From the NCBI GenBank assembly GCA_951406725.2, contig OX597832.1:67332001-67396000 (forward strand): DNA of 64,000 bases, given 5' to 3'. The translations under genes and the position numbers were made by a program. The DNA is from Octopus vulgaris (lineage: Eukaryota). This document shows positions 14,987 to 30,158 of this stretch, piece after piece (positions within the stretch are counted from its first letter, which is position 1; every line of letters begins with the position of its first letter). Below the pieces are notes generated by a model. The model was not told the DNA's origin. It ran no database searches and saw only the letters and a program-made list of their open reading frames with translations.

Positions 14987-15030
14987 GTCAAAATATTTTT
15001 GTCGCTTTCAACCGCGACATGTTCACTGAC
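14987..15030 (-). ncRNA. Minimal hammerhead-like motif, G3-C8 core variant with G12A lesion
   Basis: Minus strand reads GUCA-GUGAACA-U-GUCGC(8-nt loop)GCGAC-AAAA-AUAUU-U-UGAC. Stems I and II pair perfectly and stem III is the palindrome AAUAUU. Confidence 0.5.
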
Positions 15031-15152
15031 AAAATTCACTGACAAAAGGAAAAATAGAAATATACTTTCTCTGTAGATTTTCTTTGTCGCAGTATATGAG
15101 TGAGAAAGGAAGAGGTGAAAGTCGTCGTATTTTTTTACTTAAAGCGTGAGAA

Positions 15153-15187
<35 letters not shown>

Positions 15188-15757
15188 TCACGATGACTAC
15201 GTGGTGTGTATATGTCAAAGATAGCGTACGGATGCTTGTGTTGATTAACACGACATGATATTCATAATATGTGTATGTATTCTGTATCTGTGTATGCGTG
15301 TTGACGCCACGGAAGCCATGTTTTCATTTTCATCAAGAAATAAACAAAAATGTTTAATCATTTTCTTTAATAAATAGAGGTCCAAACATCACAAAGGCTT
15401 GTACTGTATTCCACAAAGTAAGTATGAAAATAAATATGGAAAAAATTGAGATAGAAAATAATGATTTTGAAAGATTTTGGGAACAAACTACATGAACAAC
15501 AGTTTTTTTTATTAAGATTAAAAAAGTACGGAATGTCCTACAGATTATAAAATACATGATTAATGGAAATTAATAGGAATCATCTATTGTTGGTTATTCG
15601 TCGCTCAAGAGGCCTCGATATCGATTTTTAAAAATCTAAGTAGGTTATGTTCGTGTCTGGGATATGAAGCAGCTGTCTATAAAATTTTAAAGAAATCGCA
15701 TGAAAGATGTAGAATTTATTGAGGTGCATTAAAATTTCGTTCAATTTTAGTGATAGT

Positions 15758-15823
<66 letters not shown>

Positions 15824-16325
15824 ATATGAATGTATGTATATGGACGTAAACATATACCATATATTGTACAGTCGATAATAAGCAGTATGACGTTTTCTCA
15901 ACACGTATATAAATTTCCTAAATTGCAGGAACGCCGTATCTCCTACACACGCATAACCAGAAGCCCCTTCAGATATTCGTATACTTATATTCCTACATTC
16001 AAACATCCAATCGTGCCTTCAAATACACACATTCAAATACACACATGTGTATGTGTATGTGTGCTTGAATAAGTTTGTGCATGTGCGTGTGTTTGTATAT
16101 ATATGCATACATATACATACATACACACACAGACACATACAGATATATATATATAAATTATTTATGTATGTATAGATATATATGTATATACGTGTGTATA
16201 TATATGTATATACGTATGTATATACATATATATGTATGTATATATATACATTCATATATATATATATATACGTATATACATACACACATACATATATATA
16301 CATATATATATGTATATATATATAT

Positions 16326-16445
<120 letters not shown>

Positions 16446-16449
16446 AATA

Positions 16450-17680
16450 ATAATGATATCTCACCATTCCTTCCATCCTGCCCTCGAATTGTCCTGCACT
16501 GTCCCTAAATCTTCCGTCGAATTTCTCGACGTTTTTGTGACCATCCAACATTCCGCTTTCACTACTCCATTCACTACAAACCCCATTCCGTCCTCCATTC
16601 ACTACTCCATTCACTACAACAGTCTCACGCTCCTCCTACCTTAACTTCTCCTCCCACACTTCCAAAAAAAGCTCTCCGTCCCCTATTCTCGATTCCTCTG
16701 TCCAGGCTCTGCAATGATGACCATCACTTTGAGACTCACTTTCACTTTATTGCTCGCCATTTCACCATTATCCACACGGACTTGCGCGCGCAGAGTCTGT
16801 GGACTGTGCCACTGCTTTTTCTCCTCGTACCCGTTCCACCCTTACATCTCTCCCGTTTCTCCCTCCTACCACCCATCCTCACTTCCCCTCCAGCGTACCA
16901 GTCCGAATCCCCTCCATCTCGCACATCTTCCCTTAGCTACAATTTCCACCTTCAAACGAGCCAATACCCTGCGCGACATCCTGGTTCAGTTTCTTGCCTA
17001 TCCCTGCTTCGCAGTCTGGTTCCTTCCTCTGTAGCACATGCCCCTACCTCTCCAACAGTACCATCCATACAGACACCCATCACCATACCTATCTCATCAC
17101 TGATTCCTTTACCTGCACCTCTAGTAATGTCATTTACTTAATTTGTCTCTGTGTCCTTCCTTGTACATTGGTGAAACAGAACATCGCTTGGCTTTTCAGT
17201 TTGCGGAGTACCTTCAGGACATCAGACTCGTGAATCACACCCCGATCTCGCGCCATTTCCGCTATACTGTTCATTCGCTCCATGTCTCTGTTCCAACTGC
17301 CATTGCACAGACGCCAACCAAGTTCCCGTTTTCGCCGTGAACAGCATTTATCTTCTTTCTTCGTTCCTTTGCGGCAGATGGACTCCGCTCAATTCCTCTC
17401 TTCATTTGACAACAAACTCAAACGGAATCACACTCACCTCTCACACTTTCCATACCACCCTACCCCATAGCCTCACCCCCAGGAACCACTATACATACTC
17501 ACCCATGCACATATCTTCCTATTCCACACACACTTCTCAGCAGCTACACAACACACCATCATCCACACATACACACTTGCATACTCACACACAATTCTCA
17601 CATATATACACTCGCTTGCACACTTCCTCTTGCAGGGATACCGTGAATTATCTCCCTTGCATCCAACCTCTATTAGATAT
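16450..17680 (+). mobile_element. Decayed Penelope-like element (RT end + GIY-YIG), TA-flanked
   Basis: [69 protein letters not shown] and REQHL across frames. Confidence 0.85.
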
Positions 17681-17701
17681 ATGTGTGTGCGTGTGTGTAT
17701 A

Positions 17702-17815
<114 letters not shown>

Positions 17816-18023
17816 TTGAAATAGAAAGATGAATAATCTTGTAGTAGATTAATCAAAAGTTTAACCGATACCTTAGTAGCAAAAATCACAGCAGTAAACA
17901 GCACGGTTGGAGGTACAACCATCTGGCGTTGCAACCGTGCGTTGGTGCGGATAATTGAAATTAAAACATTATTGGTGAATTGAAGAAATGGAGCTGAACG
18001 CAGATTGAACAGAAATCGTTTTA

Positions 18024-18112
18024 TTTCATTCTACACGTGTTTCGAAAGGCACAAATTACCAAAATCCGATTGAATAATGGGACCATATTGTGTCTTTCTC
18101 TTCAGGAAGAAA
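18024..18112 (-). ncRNA. Type I hammerhead ribozyme (mirror copy)
   Basis: Reverse complement of 18185-18273. Confidence 0.85.
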
Positions 18113-18184
18113 AAAAGGAGCACAGTTCGATTTGTTTTTTGCTCCGCCTCTGTTCTGTTTTTGTTTTTCCAACGGATTTCCTTT

Positions 18185-18273
18185 TTTCTTCCTGAAGAGA
18201 AAGACACAATATGGTCCCATTATTCAATCGGATTTTGGTAATTTGTGCCTTTCGAAACACGTGTAGAATGAAA
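18185..18273 (+). ncRNA. Type I hammerhead ribozyme, long stem II
   Basis: Stem I UUUCUUC/GAAUGAAA, core CUGAAGA (18192), stem II GAAAGACACAA/UUGUGCCUUUC, GAAA (18254), stem III ACACGUGU, site GUA (predicted cut after 18265). Confidence 0.85.
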
Positions 18274-18327
18274 TAAAACGATTTCTGTTCAATCTGCGTT
18301 CAGCTCCATTTCTTCAATTCACCAATA

Positions 18328-18369
<42 letters not shown>

Positions 18370-19298
18370 TAAATATTAGGGAATAAATCCAAATTTACAG
18401 GGAAAAAAATCAGATTTAGGATTAAATCCAATTTTATAGTAAAATATTATAAAATATTATTAGAGACAAAACCACTATTTTGCAAAACAAACAAGGAAAG
18501 ACTTAATCAATACATAAAATTTTAATAAATAGTCAAACAAACTTACACACACATACGCACAAAACGCACACACACATACATTTGTATATATATGTAAGTG
18601 TCGTACGTGTATAATTCTAGGGTTCTCGCTTTTGCTTTCGTCCCTCTTTTACATCTTGTACACATTCGTTTCCTTTCCCAACAGGCTTAATGCTTTTAGC
18701 TTAAGTTCCTGAGCTCGCCGGGGCTAAACTACAAGGACATTCCAGACTGCGACTGGCAGTGAATGATCCATGTATCTTGTTTTGTCCTGTTTGCAGTTTG
18801 TAGTGCTATCGTCCAGTTTTCTGCATGATGTGTTTTGTTGATGACGGTTTGTTGTGTTATTTATGTTCTATCTTTGATATGTATATCAAAATGAGTAACG
18901 AATATGTATAGATTTAATGAATTGACACCTATACATATTCATTACCCATTTGTGTTTTAGTCACCTAACTTGGAATCTAGAATTCGGAAATGCTATAGAA
19001 ATTATCTTTATATAATGTACCTAACAAAGTGAAGACATTGTGCTTCCAGTCCGACAGCTGTATCTAGGGACTCAGAAATGACAATGATACAGAACCATTG
19101 AAGGAGGCGTACAAGCATTACTCTAAAGCATGCTTCCGTCTTGAAGAGATTGGCAGACTAAAGTCATTTGAGCAAGCATGGTTATTTTGTATATTATGCA
19201 TACCTGGATGTCATATGTTGACAGTCTCCCTCCCTTTCTAAGGCCTCTTTCACCTTCGTTCTTTCCCTTACCCTCTCCCTTTCCCTATCTATCTTTCC

Positions 19299-19349
<51 letters not shown>

Positions 19350-19425
19350 TACATACATATACATATATTTACGTATACATGTATGCATACTTGCAATCAC
19401 AGATACATATATACGTGCACACACA

Positions 19426-19470
<45 letters not shown>

Positions 19471-20040
19471 TATCTCTCATCGAATGAAGTACTTGTTATG
19501 TTAATCTTATCTTTACGGAACATTACTTGTATATGTGTATGTATGTATATCAGCACCAAATTAGTGCTTGTAAATTTTTTAATTAATTGTGACAGCTTCA
19601 TGTGTCGTTGTTGATATTTTGAAAGGATCTCTGACACTGACTGATACCATTCGGTACAAAGACACAAAAATGATCTGCCTTAGTAGGTTAAATATTTACA
19701 TGCTTTGACACACGTCACTCATATGAAAGGATGTATTGAGTGTAGTTTATATCCGATTTTATATACAGACATATAGATATAGCACACATATACATCTATC
19801 ACATGGTCTCTCTCTCTCTCCTGCACTCACTCAGCCGCACACACATACACATGCAAATACACAAACATGTTTACATCAATGTGCGTATATACGTATATAA
19901 ACCTGTGTACCTAACGTCTTTTATAGTGACGTTTACTTTTTTGTAGAGACAAATAGATAAAGCACACATATATTATAGCATAGACTCTCTCTTTCAAACA
20001 CACACGCTCACACATTCACAGACACAAATACATACCCACA

Positions 20041-20122
<82 letters not shown>

Positions 20123-20181
20123 TGTATATATATATTTATGGAAGTATTAATACAGATACTAATACAGTTATGTTAGTGAAT

Positions 20182-20494
20182 GCGCATGCCTCAGTGTTTA
20201 GAGCGTCAGGTGCACGATCGTGAGGTTGTGAGTTCGATTGCCGGACCGGGCTGCATGTTGTGTTCTTGAACAAGACACTTTATTTCACGCTGCTCCAGTT
20301 CACTCATCTGTAGAAATGAGTTGCGAAGCTGTATAGGCCTTTGCCTTTCCTTGGATAACATAAGTGATGTGAAGACGTGAGGCCGGTATGCATGGGCGAC
20401 TGCTGGCCATCCACAAACAATCTTGCCCGGACTTGTGCCTGGGGTGGGGGTTAACTTTCTAGGTGCAATCCCATAGTCATTCATGACCGAAGGG
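20182..20494 (+). mobile_element. tRNA-derived SINE, family C
   Basis: A-box-like start, B-box GAGTTCGATT, then GTGTTCTTGAACAAGACACTTTATTTCACG. Relatives at ~25401-25690 (+) and ~34053-34160 (-). Confidence 0.75.
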
Positions 20495-20541
20495 TGGAGA
20501 GGCTCCTAATACACTTGTGTATATATATATATATATAGATG

Positions 20542-20600
<59 letters not shown>

Positions 20601-21766
20601 ACGACAGACACACAATCACACATATTTTTATGGGTGTGAATTGAAATTTGTGAAAAATTGCGAATGCAAACTACAGAATTAGAGATTATAGTAGTGTGCA
20701 ACTTCTCCTGTAGCAAGAACCAAAACACGCCAGTTGGCATCCAATTGCCTAATTTTCGGTTTATTAACCCACCCGTTTATACAACATGTTAACGAGTTTT
20801 TCATTTTCGCTGAATCGTCGGGTTTAATATATATCTTAGTGTGTTTATATATGTTCATCTCAGAACTGCCTCTATCTCGCTGTTTTGGTATAAAATCAGT
20901 ACATTTAGCTATGCTATATAAACGGATTTTCCATTAAACCTCACTCACCTGAATATCAGAGACATGAGGCTATTCTACAACATGTTCAGAACTTGCTTTG
21001 AACTGTAATGCAATGCATTTTTCATTATTTTGCCGAATTGCAGACAAATATGTGCTACAATGTATGAAGAGGTTATAGAAAATTATTCATCAATTATTCA
21101 ATCATATCAGAAACAATATGTGCGGCATAAAGATTAGTGTATATATTAAACTTAAACTCTGGTTTTTGCTTGATTTAAATAGTGCTTCGTTATGATCTGT
21201 TTCTGGACTAAAATAGGGACGTTAGTTTTCTTATGATTATTCATTAATGCCTGCGAAACATATCAGTTGCTTAATTTTTTCTGAAGCAACTAAACGTAGT
21301 ATTTACAGCTGTAAAATGTCCACATTAAAGCCTTTCAAATATTCTATAGTTGAACTGCTATAATTTTTTCTCAGGTTTCTAACGCACGCTGTGTTCTGCA
21401 TAAATGTGTATTAACTCCGTCAATTCTACTCACGGAGCCAATACTTCAGCTGCATTCACATATAAACATTGCGTTCGCCCGTACGTGTGAATGTTTCCAT
21501 ACATACACACATATATATAAGCATATATCTACACGTATATATAGACATACATAAGTACATTCATACATAAATTCATAGATACACATAGGTAAGGTACATG
21601 CACACATACACACAAATATATATATTAATCAATTGTGTCTCTATGTATTTATATATATATATATATATACGTATAGATAGACACACCGAGAGATAGACAA
21701 ATATACATACATATGCATATATATATATGTGTATATATATATATAGACACACCGAGAGATAGACAA

Positions 21767-21823
<57 letters not shown>

Positions 21824-21895
21824 TATATGCATGAATATACATGCATGTATATATGTATAGAGAGTGACAAGAAGGAGAGACAGACAGACAAAGAT

Positions 21896-21971
<76 letters not shown>

Positions 21972-23014
21972 ATGTACGTGTATGTGTATATTCGTGTTTG
22001 TATGCATATGTACAGATACTTAGTTCTACGTATCTATATGTGTGAAAATGAATTCTTTTCAGGTAGTTTATTGATCTATTTATGTATGCTGTTATTAACC
22101 GCTCTTTTAAGCTTTAATGGTATCCTTAAAAGTTTTCACAATGGAAACAAAAAATACAAACCGGTAATAAATAAACCCCACAAAAATACAATACCACCTA
22201 CCGAACTGACAGAAATAGAAGCCTCTAAGTCAGGACGATTAGTGTAATTTTCGATGTACTTGTTTATTTTTTTTATTTTTTTCTCCAGCATAAAGTCACA
22301 TTTTGAAAATACTCTTTTTTTATCCTCTCTCTTATTTACTATGGTCTTTCGTTCCTTCCTAATGGTGTTTTATTTTATTTCCATTATTTTCCGGTCGTGC
22401 CTCCTCCTTTTAGTGTTTCTAAATTAAAATATAGTACACAGCAACATCTACTTAACAAAGAAAATTGATTTAAATGTTTTATTTTCTTGTTCATATATTT
22501 TTTGAAAGTTTCGTGTGTTTTGTGTGTGCATCTGATTCCCTCTTTTTCTCTCATTCTTTTTTACTCTCTCTATTTCTGTTTCTCTTACCATTTTTTCTTC
22601 TATATCTGAATCTTTTGATTGTCTTTATTAGTACACACACGTACTCACACACGCACACACATATGCATATATGTATATACCTAAAAGTGAGAGTATTTAT
22701 GCGTATTTAGGGACACATATGCATACATACTTATATATACATATATACATGTGTGTTTCTGTGTTTGTGTTTATAAGTGTTACTATTGTTGTATATTTAT
22801 ACCTATTACTAAGATACCTGCTGTTATCTTTTCTTCAGTCTAATTGCTTTCATAAAACGAGAAATGTAGCTAAACTTGGCAGCATTGTCTATTTTGGAAA
22901 ACAAACATCATTTCAGAATTTGTGTAAATTGCAGCATATAACTTACCTGTGAATAAGTATATATACAAAATGTATTTTATTATCAATTTTGGTGAATGGC
23001 GTTGTTTCTTCACT

Positions 23015-23222
<208 letters not shown>

Positions 23223-23224
23223 TA

Positions 23225-23680
23225 AACGGAAAGAAAGAACAAAATAGCACCACAGGTATGGCACACCATCCAGGTCAAGATGTCACGGACATCCAGGAGT
23301 GTACCAGCAACTAGAAAACTCCAGGTATAGACAAGGTCCCCAACTTCTGGCTGAAAGACCTCTCCAGTACCCATAATCACATGGCGGTAACATTTAATTT
23401 ATTAACAAGCAAGCCAGAATTAACATCACACTGGATTCTAGAAGGACAAACCACCCTGATTCCCCAAAATAGGCCAATAAAATGCCTATCAACTTCCTAC
23501 AAATCTTCACATAATGCACCAGGAAAGTAACATAGATATACCAGAAGAACAACAGGGGTGGCTGAGAGAGATGAATAGTTCTGATAAACCGAGCCGCCAT
23601 CGCAGAGGACTGCAAGAGGAGAAAAACGATACTTGAACATGGCTTGGATTGTAAATAGTGTATCAAGTACGTCCATCAAA
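23225..23680 (+). mobile_element. R4/Dong-like LINE RT fragment next to a TAA repeat
   Basis: N*KTPGIDKVPNFWLKDL, WILEGQTTLIP, RPIKCLST and PEEQQG (early RT motifs). Confidence 0.7.
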
Positions 23681-25400
23681 ATAATAGTTATTTCTCACAA
23701 TGAATCAGTCAGATCTTTTCCGTTCTCTTTCTTGGATGGAACCAGGATATCCTCTCATATAGTTTTTCCCTTTATAAACCATTAATTTATTCTCTCTTTA
23801 CGTGACATGACTACAGCTCTTGACAATATATAGAACATCTGACACCAACATCCGAAGATTCAAGATTTTTCTTGGGATCGATACAGCAGTGCATTCCCCT
23901 TACCTTCTACCTTTTTTTTTATTATCTCCTTAATTGTTCTCTTGCTCTCCCACACTTATGGAGAATCACAAGGTTTAATTAACTTTGAGACAGTAAAACA
24001 GGTTCACATGCCACGAACGCATGTCTACACAGCGGATGGCCTCTGCAGCACATGTCTAGAAGCAATTCTCCTGTAATGTAGTCATTTGGCACAGAACTAC
24101 CTTCAGAAAAGTCTACCACATTTAGGACCGTTGGCAGACCAGATAGTGCTGAGCCGATTGAGGAGTAATTCCATTTTCTCTAAATCTCCTTAAATTCTGA
24201 ACTAAAGCTTTATATTCTGGTATAGTTTAGTGTGTTGATCAGAAAACGTGAAAAGATAAAAACGATATTGTATGATTTGAATGGAACTCAGCTACATTTT
24301 ATAGCAAGTTGAATGACCGTGTATGGAATTTTTTTATTCTATCCTCACTGATAATAAAATCGAGGAATTTTAAAAAAGAGGCATGTACTGGATTAGAGCA
24401 GCATGAAAAGAAATTGTTTTAGTAAATAGTACAAAAGGTATTTACTTTCTCATGTCGAGATATGTGAATAGCAATCTGCCATTCCGTTTATAGCTTACAT
24501 TCAAGTGTTGAGAAATATAATCGCTGCTGTATGCATTCACCAAACAATGAACGTGTTCATCTACCACCATTTAGGGGAGTTTTACGATACGTCATTGTCC
24601 ACATTGTCATTGCATCAGTTGTAGGAATGCATTGATAATTATGAAGCTACGTTTGACTTAATGTAAATTTAAGGGTGGGTTTAGAAATTAAACGTCAAAA
24701 GATGTGTATATATGTATATATATATAGAGAGAGAGCAACAATACTGTTGACAAAATGCATCGCTTCTTCACTGCCAAAAAATATGAACCGGTAGAGACAG
24801 AGAGGGGAAAAGTTTTATGTATGTATGTATTTGTTTATGCAAATTTCTCATGTTTTATGTGATAGACATCGGCCTGTATGTAAGAATTATATTTGGGTAG
24901 CATAATTACTTCAAGTGGCTCACTATGTCACAAGATCGATGTTATCACATCAACGTTATCCAAAACAACTACATGCTTTCTTTGGTAAATTGTTGCGTCT
25001 CGAACGAAGCTGGTGTTACTCTGGGATAAAAAAGGAATTGCTTATCGAATTGTGCTTCCTAACTCTTTCCCTATCTAAGACCTGGATTCGTTAAAGAGCC
25101 CATATATTAAATTGTTCTACCTTCCAAAACTGTTGCTTACACAGAGTCTGTGGGCAAATGTGGGGCAACATAGTTCGAAACGCTCATCTTTTAAAGGCAT
25201 AGTTCATCTCTCATACTGATGCTAACTTTTCTCGTTTCAGATCAGCTACGTTGGTCATGTGATTCAGACAAATGAATCAGGCCTTATCAATATTACTTTG
25301 CATGGAATAATATGTTGATCGAAAGTTTGGATGACGAAAGGCAATACGTTAAGAGCGAATTTATTTCAACTATACCCATGATGTTATTAAACATTATGAT

Positions 25401-25690
25401 GCGCGTGGCCCAGCGGCTAAGAATGTTGTACTCACGATCTAGAGTTTGTGACTTCGATTCTCAAACACACTGGGCATTGTGTTCGTGAGTAACACACAAC
25501 ATTTCACGTTACTTCACTCAACTCTACTCTAACCGGGTCACCCTGCCACACAATACGTTTCCTACATGTGGCGATGTTGGCCTCTTCGATTAGTCAGCGG
25601 ATAGGCATCATTCAAAAGCTAAAACGATGCAAAGGGCATCGTGATAAGTGATGAAGTTCATCCGATAGTCTATTTCATCACGTGATCATA
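25401..25690 (+). mobile_element. Decayed tRNA-derived SINE, family C
   Basis: GCGCGTGGCCCAGCGGCTAAG...TTCGATTC...CATTTCACGTT, homologous to the 20182 copy. Confidence 0.6.
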
Positions 25691-25971
25691 AAACTTTGGA
25701 ATCCGTATGCTACAAAAATTGTGTTTCTGAATGTAATTTGTTAAACTTGTTAGAATTATACCTTTCGCTTTGCCAAACATTTAACATTTTTTGTGTGTGT
25801 CAGATTCAACAATCCAGATATGCTTCCAGCGATTCGCGAGATTTTTCAAGCAGTTCATTTAATTAAAGATGACAAATTGGGAAAATTTAAAATTAAAATC
25901 TTAAAAACAATTTTGTGAATGAAGATACTTTTATGTCAAACTAAATCTAATATTTTTGCATTATATGCACT

Positions 25972-26160
25972 AGGCCTGAAATTTTAGGGGAAGGTGTAGT
26001 CGATTACATCATTCCTATTGCTCAATTGGCAATTATTTCATCCACTCCGAATGAATAAATAGCAAATTCAACCTCAGTGGAATTTGAACTGAAAGTGTGG
26101 AATCAGAGATATGCTGCTAAGTAGCTCGACCTGCGTTCTAATGATTCTAGCATTCCGCTG
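25972..26160 (-). mobile_element. Decayed SINE, family A
   Basis: GTCGATTACATC...ACCTCAGTGGAATTTGAACT, as in the other copies. Confidence 0.6.
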
Positions 26161-28996
26161 TCTTTCTCTTCTAATACATCATTAATTTTGTTTACATTTT
26201 CAAAGCCATTCTTTTGTAATTATTTGAAAAATATTTTGATGTACTTAGTCTTGTTCTGAAACCGAATTGCAGGGCTTGGTGAATATTTGTGAAGTTTTAT
26301 AACAACGCCATTGTACGTTTAGCATTTATCGTTTTAACATACATACACATAATTATTATTAAGAACTATAAACCCGAGTCTGTGTAGTTGGAATGTGCGT
26401 GCAATGAATTTAAGCAACGCTTCATATACTTGAAATATTTTCAGGAGCAACAACTTTTGATCACGTCTTATACATCGGTACAACTTTATATATCATTACA
26501 GCATCGACCAATTCAAACCTCATTTTTCGTATAAAACACAAATAAGTCAGCATTTGATGTAATTTCGGCCGTGGAATACTGGATTAAATGTATTATTCTT
26601 GACGTTTCCTGACCACGCAATGTCATTGTTGAAGTTGTGTAGCCGTCAAATTCTCGTTTTTACATGATGTAAATTCTAACTTATACAGCTGTAAAATAGT
26701 GTTAAAAAGTTGTTCTTGATACATATTCTTTAAGAAACATTCAAACTATGCTGTGAAATAACACACATGATTCAAATAAAGTTATCCCTTATGCATGTTC
26801 CTTTACAAGCATTCGAACTACGATGTGTGAAACTACTCGTTGTCTTATCTAATTTATCCTTTCTGAGGAATACAATACATTCTTTCTTGCCTTGGCCTAT
26901 TTTACAAACGGTGTGCCAAACTGACAAATATGCATCTAATTCACTGCGCTGTTAATATGCAAATATGTAGTTCAGAATGCATTTAAAATTTAAATTGTTA
27001 ATTTGATGAAGGTGTACATAAATGTGAATCGCATGTTTTCAAATTGGTAAATATTTCCTCATATGATAGACGTTACATGAGTATATGGAAGTTAGACAAA
27101 TCACATAAATATATATTTATTTAAATTACATGAAGAGAGGTATCAACAACTGATTGCATCTGAAAAATCAAATTTTGCCTTTCGGAAGAATATTTTCATA
27201 ATATAATTCTATACGTTTTGCATCGTTTGCAGTTTGCATCATATTTAAGGTTGTACAGCAATGCTTTTCTCTGTCATAGCGTCGAATAGATATACTGTAT
27301 GTGAATATTATTGCCCATGGTTATTTTATATTTAAAAATAGGTAGAAGGGCAATTTTTTCGATGGAAAATGTAACCGTCGTCAAGAATATTGACATTTGT
27401 ATAGCATAGGTGAATATTTTATCCATTCCTCTGAGATAAACTTTTAAAAATAAACAATCTTTTACTCAAGTAGGGTCTAAATGTAAAATATAAATCGACG
27501 AAGCTAAATACTTTAATATACATACACAGCACAGCCATATCGAAGTTTCTGTCAGTACACCCAGCAAGACATAAATGAATTATAGTAGGAAATATGATTT
27601 GATAGTGGCAATAGGCAGTGTAGTCAAAATGTCATACGCGTAGAGATAAAATAATGTTTTGTTTCTATGGCAGATTCAGTCTTAAATTGAATTTTGTATT
27701 GCAAATTGTTGCTATAAGGCCTCAGACATTGGAATATAATTCCAAATAAACAGTTGCAACATGATTCAGTTGTGTATAGACTATTTGAATTATGTTCCAG
27801 CTTTGTTTTCGATATGTGTATAAACAAAACTAGATTCTACATAATAGTTTCCTCATATGAATTAAAAACAAAACAATAGCTAACACATTTTCGATATACA
27901 TTTTCCAATCAACATTGGTTTTGTAGAAACATAAAAATAAAAGGATACGATTTATCATATCGTACATTCCATTTAATATATCCTAGTATGCGAAAGATAT
28001 GTGAGAGCATTTATGTTCTTGTTTTACCTGCTATTCTTATCAGCCAACCTTGCTAAAATTATACAATAAACAAATGAAGCAAATACCTGGGATAATATAA
28101 ATCCCGAAAATCTGGATCGGCAAACAAAACAAGCCAATACAATGTCTGGAAGATCTCTGATTATAAACATGTGTCTCCATAGCTGACCTATTGCTAAGTA
28201 CTAAAATCAACAGCAAAGGACTCTGAAATAGAAGAGTTGCATATAGTACGTATGCAGCTATCATTTTTCATTGAGCTAACGCAATCAGATAGCAGAGTTC
28301 TAACTAAAAGACACCATGTGTTGTAGATTGATAATATTGTTTTTAAAGATCTAAGAGAGACAATGTTAAATGGAGGATTCGAGATCAATATCTAGATATT
28401 TCCTCCCATACCATATGGATGAAAAATGAAATCTGATCCCTTTTTTTATTTGTATTTATAGAGTAAATTAGAGAAACTAAGTATTCCAATACCTGTTACT
28501 GGTATTTGAGTTTTCGGCAAGCCAACTTCCGTGTTTTGTTTTAATAAGGATGAAGAGAATTTTGTATCGAGGATTATGATGTATAGCAGGGCTGAATGAA
28601 TGTATATACGCATATTCAGATATTTCTTATTTTGTAGCCCTTACTAGGGAGAATTTACAAAGGATGGTTGAGGGAGATGCAGCGATAGAATGAAATAACA
28701 TGTATGAAAGTGAGGATTAGCTCAACAGACAACATCTTTGTTTATGCCACACAAATTATAGACGGTGTCTCTCGGTCGCTGGCACAGTTTAGTTTTCATT
28801 TGTAGAATCAGGTGTAAAACTTATTGGATTCGACTGTGAGTTACTTAGTATCAGGTCAGTTGTTCTCATCGCATAAACCTGAAGCTACATGACACATTGT
28901 ATCGTTCTTGGATTTTTGAATTAGAAATATAATTCACATGATCATATTCTGCGCTTTATTCTTTGACCTTAGATTTCTTACAATACGTGTGTGTGT

Positions 28997-29818
28997 TTAG
29001 GGATTTCACAGAATCCCGCCAAAAGTAACAACATACAGATATATGACCATTAATATTTAACCTCTTTATACACACTTGGGCTATCAATGAGGAATGTATT
29101 AAAGTTCCTTCCCAGTTCCACAATACACACACGCAGTCACACAAACAGACACCAGGTGAATAACCGAAGCTATGGTAAATGACATATAGGTTTACTCTCA
29201 AGCAATTGGATCGAACCAAGAACCTCATTCTTACAAAAACGATCGGCCGTCAGTCATCAATAGAGATTATTCCACCTCTTACACATAGATCCATATAGAT
29301 AACCAGATACAAATGTATATACACACATAAACATGCAGATAGATATTTATATATATACATATGCTCATAAACGCAGCCACATACACATATGCATGTATAA
29401 TCACCCAGGCATAAGTATGACTAATCCATCCCCACCCCCAACAGATATGACCATCAATGCATTCTCATGCAAATATATTCGCATTGTTATAAGCAACGTG
29501 TGAATACGTATGAATTCGTGCCGCTTGCCTTAATACTCTATCTTGCTTCCCTTATTTCGTTTGTGTAGTGATACATCTCCACTATATCGCTCGATGGCGA
29601 AAGTTCATATAAGAATAGTTTAGAAATAATATTTTGCCGCAAAATCCAAATATAAATCTGCATTGTTGTTTTTTTTTTTTAATCTTATAACATCATTTGG
29701 GTTGATGTTTCTTCCATTTATGCATGTACAATTATAAGCACACATATATGTGTGTGCGTGCGTGGAAGTGTGCGAGGAAACAGAGGGAGGTAGATAGATA
29801 TAGATGTATACATGTACA

Positions 29819-29904
<86 letters not shown>

Positions 29905-30158
29905 TTTACGGTGTAGCACAATGTTAGTATGCATTCTCGTATATATGTGTGTGTATGCTTATATATGTTTGCATACACACATATGTATGTATTAGATTAT
30001 ATATATATGTGAGTGTATGTGTGATGTGGGACTGGGAAGGAACTTTAATCCTTTCCTCATTGATGGCCCAAGTGTGTCTGATTCAATATAGAGGTTAAAG
30101 GTTAATGGCCATATATCTGTATGTTGTTACTTTTGGCGGGATTCTGTGAAATCCCTAA
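28997..30158. repeat. ~125-bp inverted repeat pair (28997-29122 and 30025-30158) ~900 bp apart
   Basis: TTAGGGATTTCACAGAATCCCGCCAAAAGTAACAACATACAGATATAT... is reverse-complemented at ~30111-30158. Confidence 0.85.

Noticed and set aside
19030-19190. Protein-like plus frame ([30 protein letters not shown])
   Set aside because: Short, has an in-frame stop, and cannot be assigned to a family.
26370-26680. Cys-rich minus-strand reading (GRCCNDI*SCTDV*DVIKSCC)
   Set aside because: Multiple stops and no consistent frame; could be chance.
28081-28230. Possible minus-strand exon (tttcag|AGTCC...CCCAG|gtattt) with an open frame ending METHVYNQRSSRHCIGLFCLPIQIFGIYIIP
   Set aside because: No recognisable homology and no compatible neighbouring exon found; needs RNA-seq.
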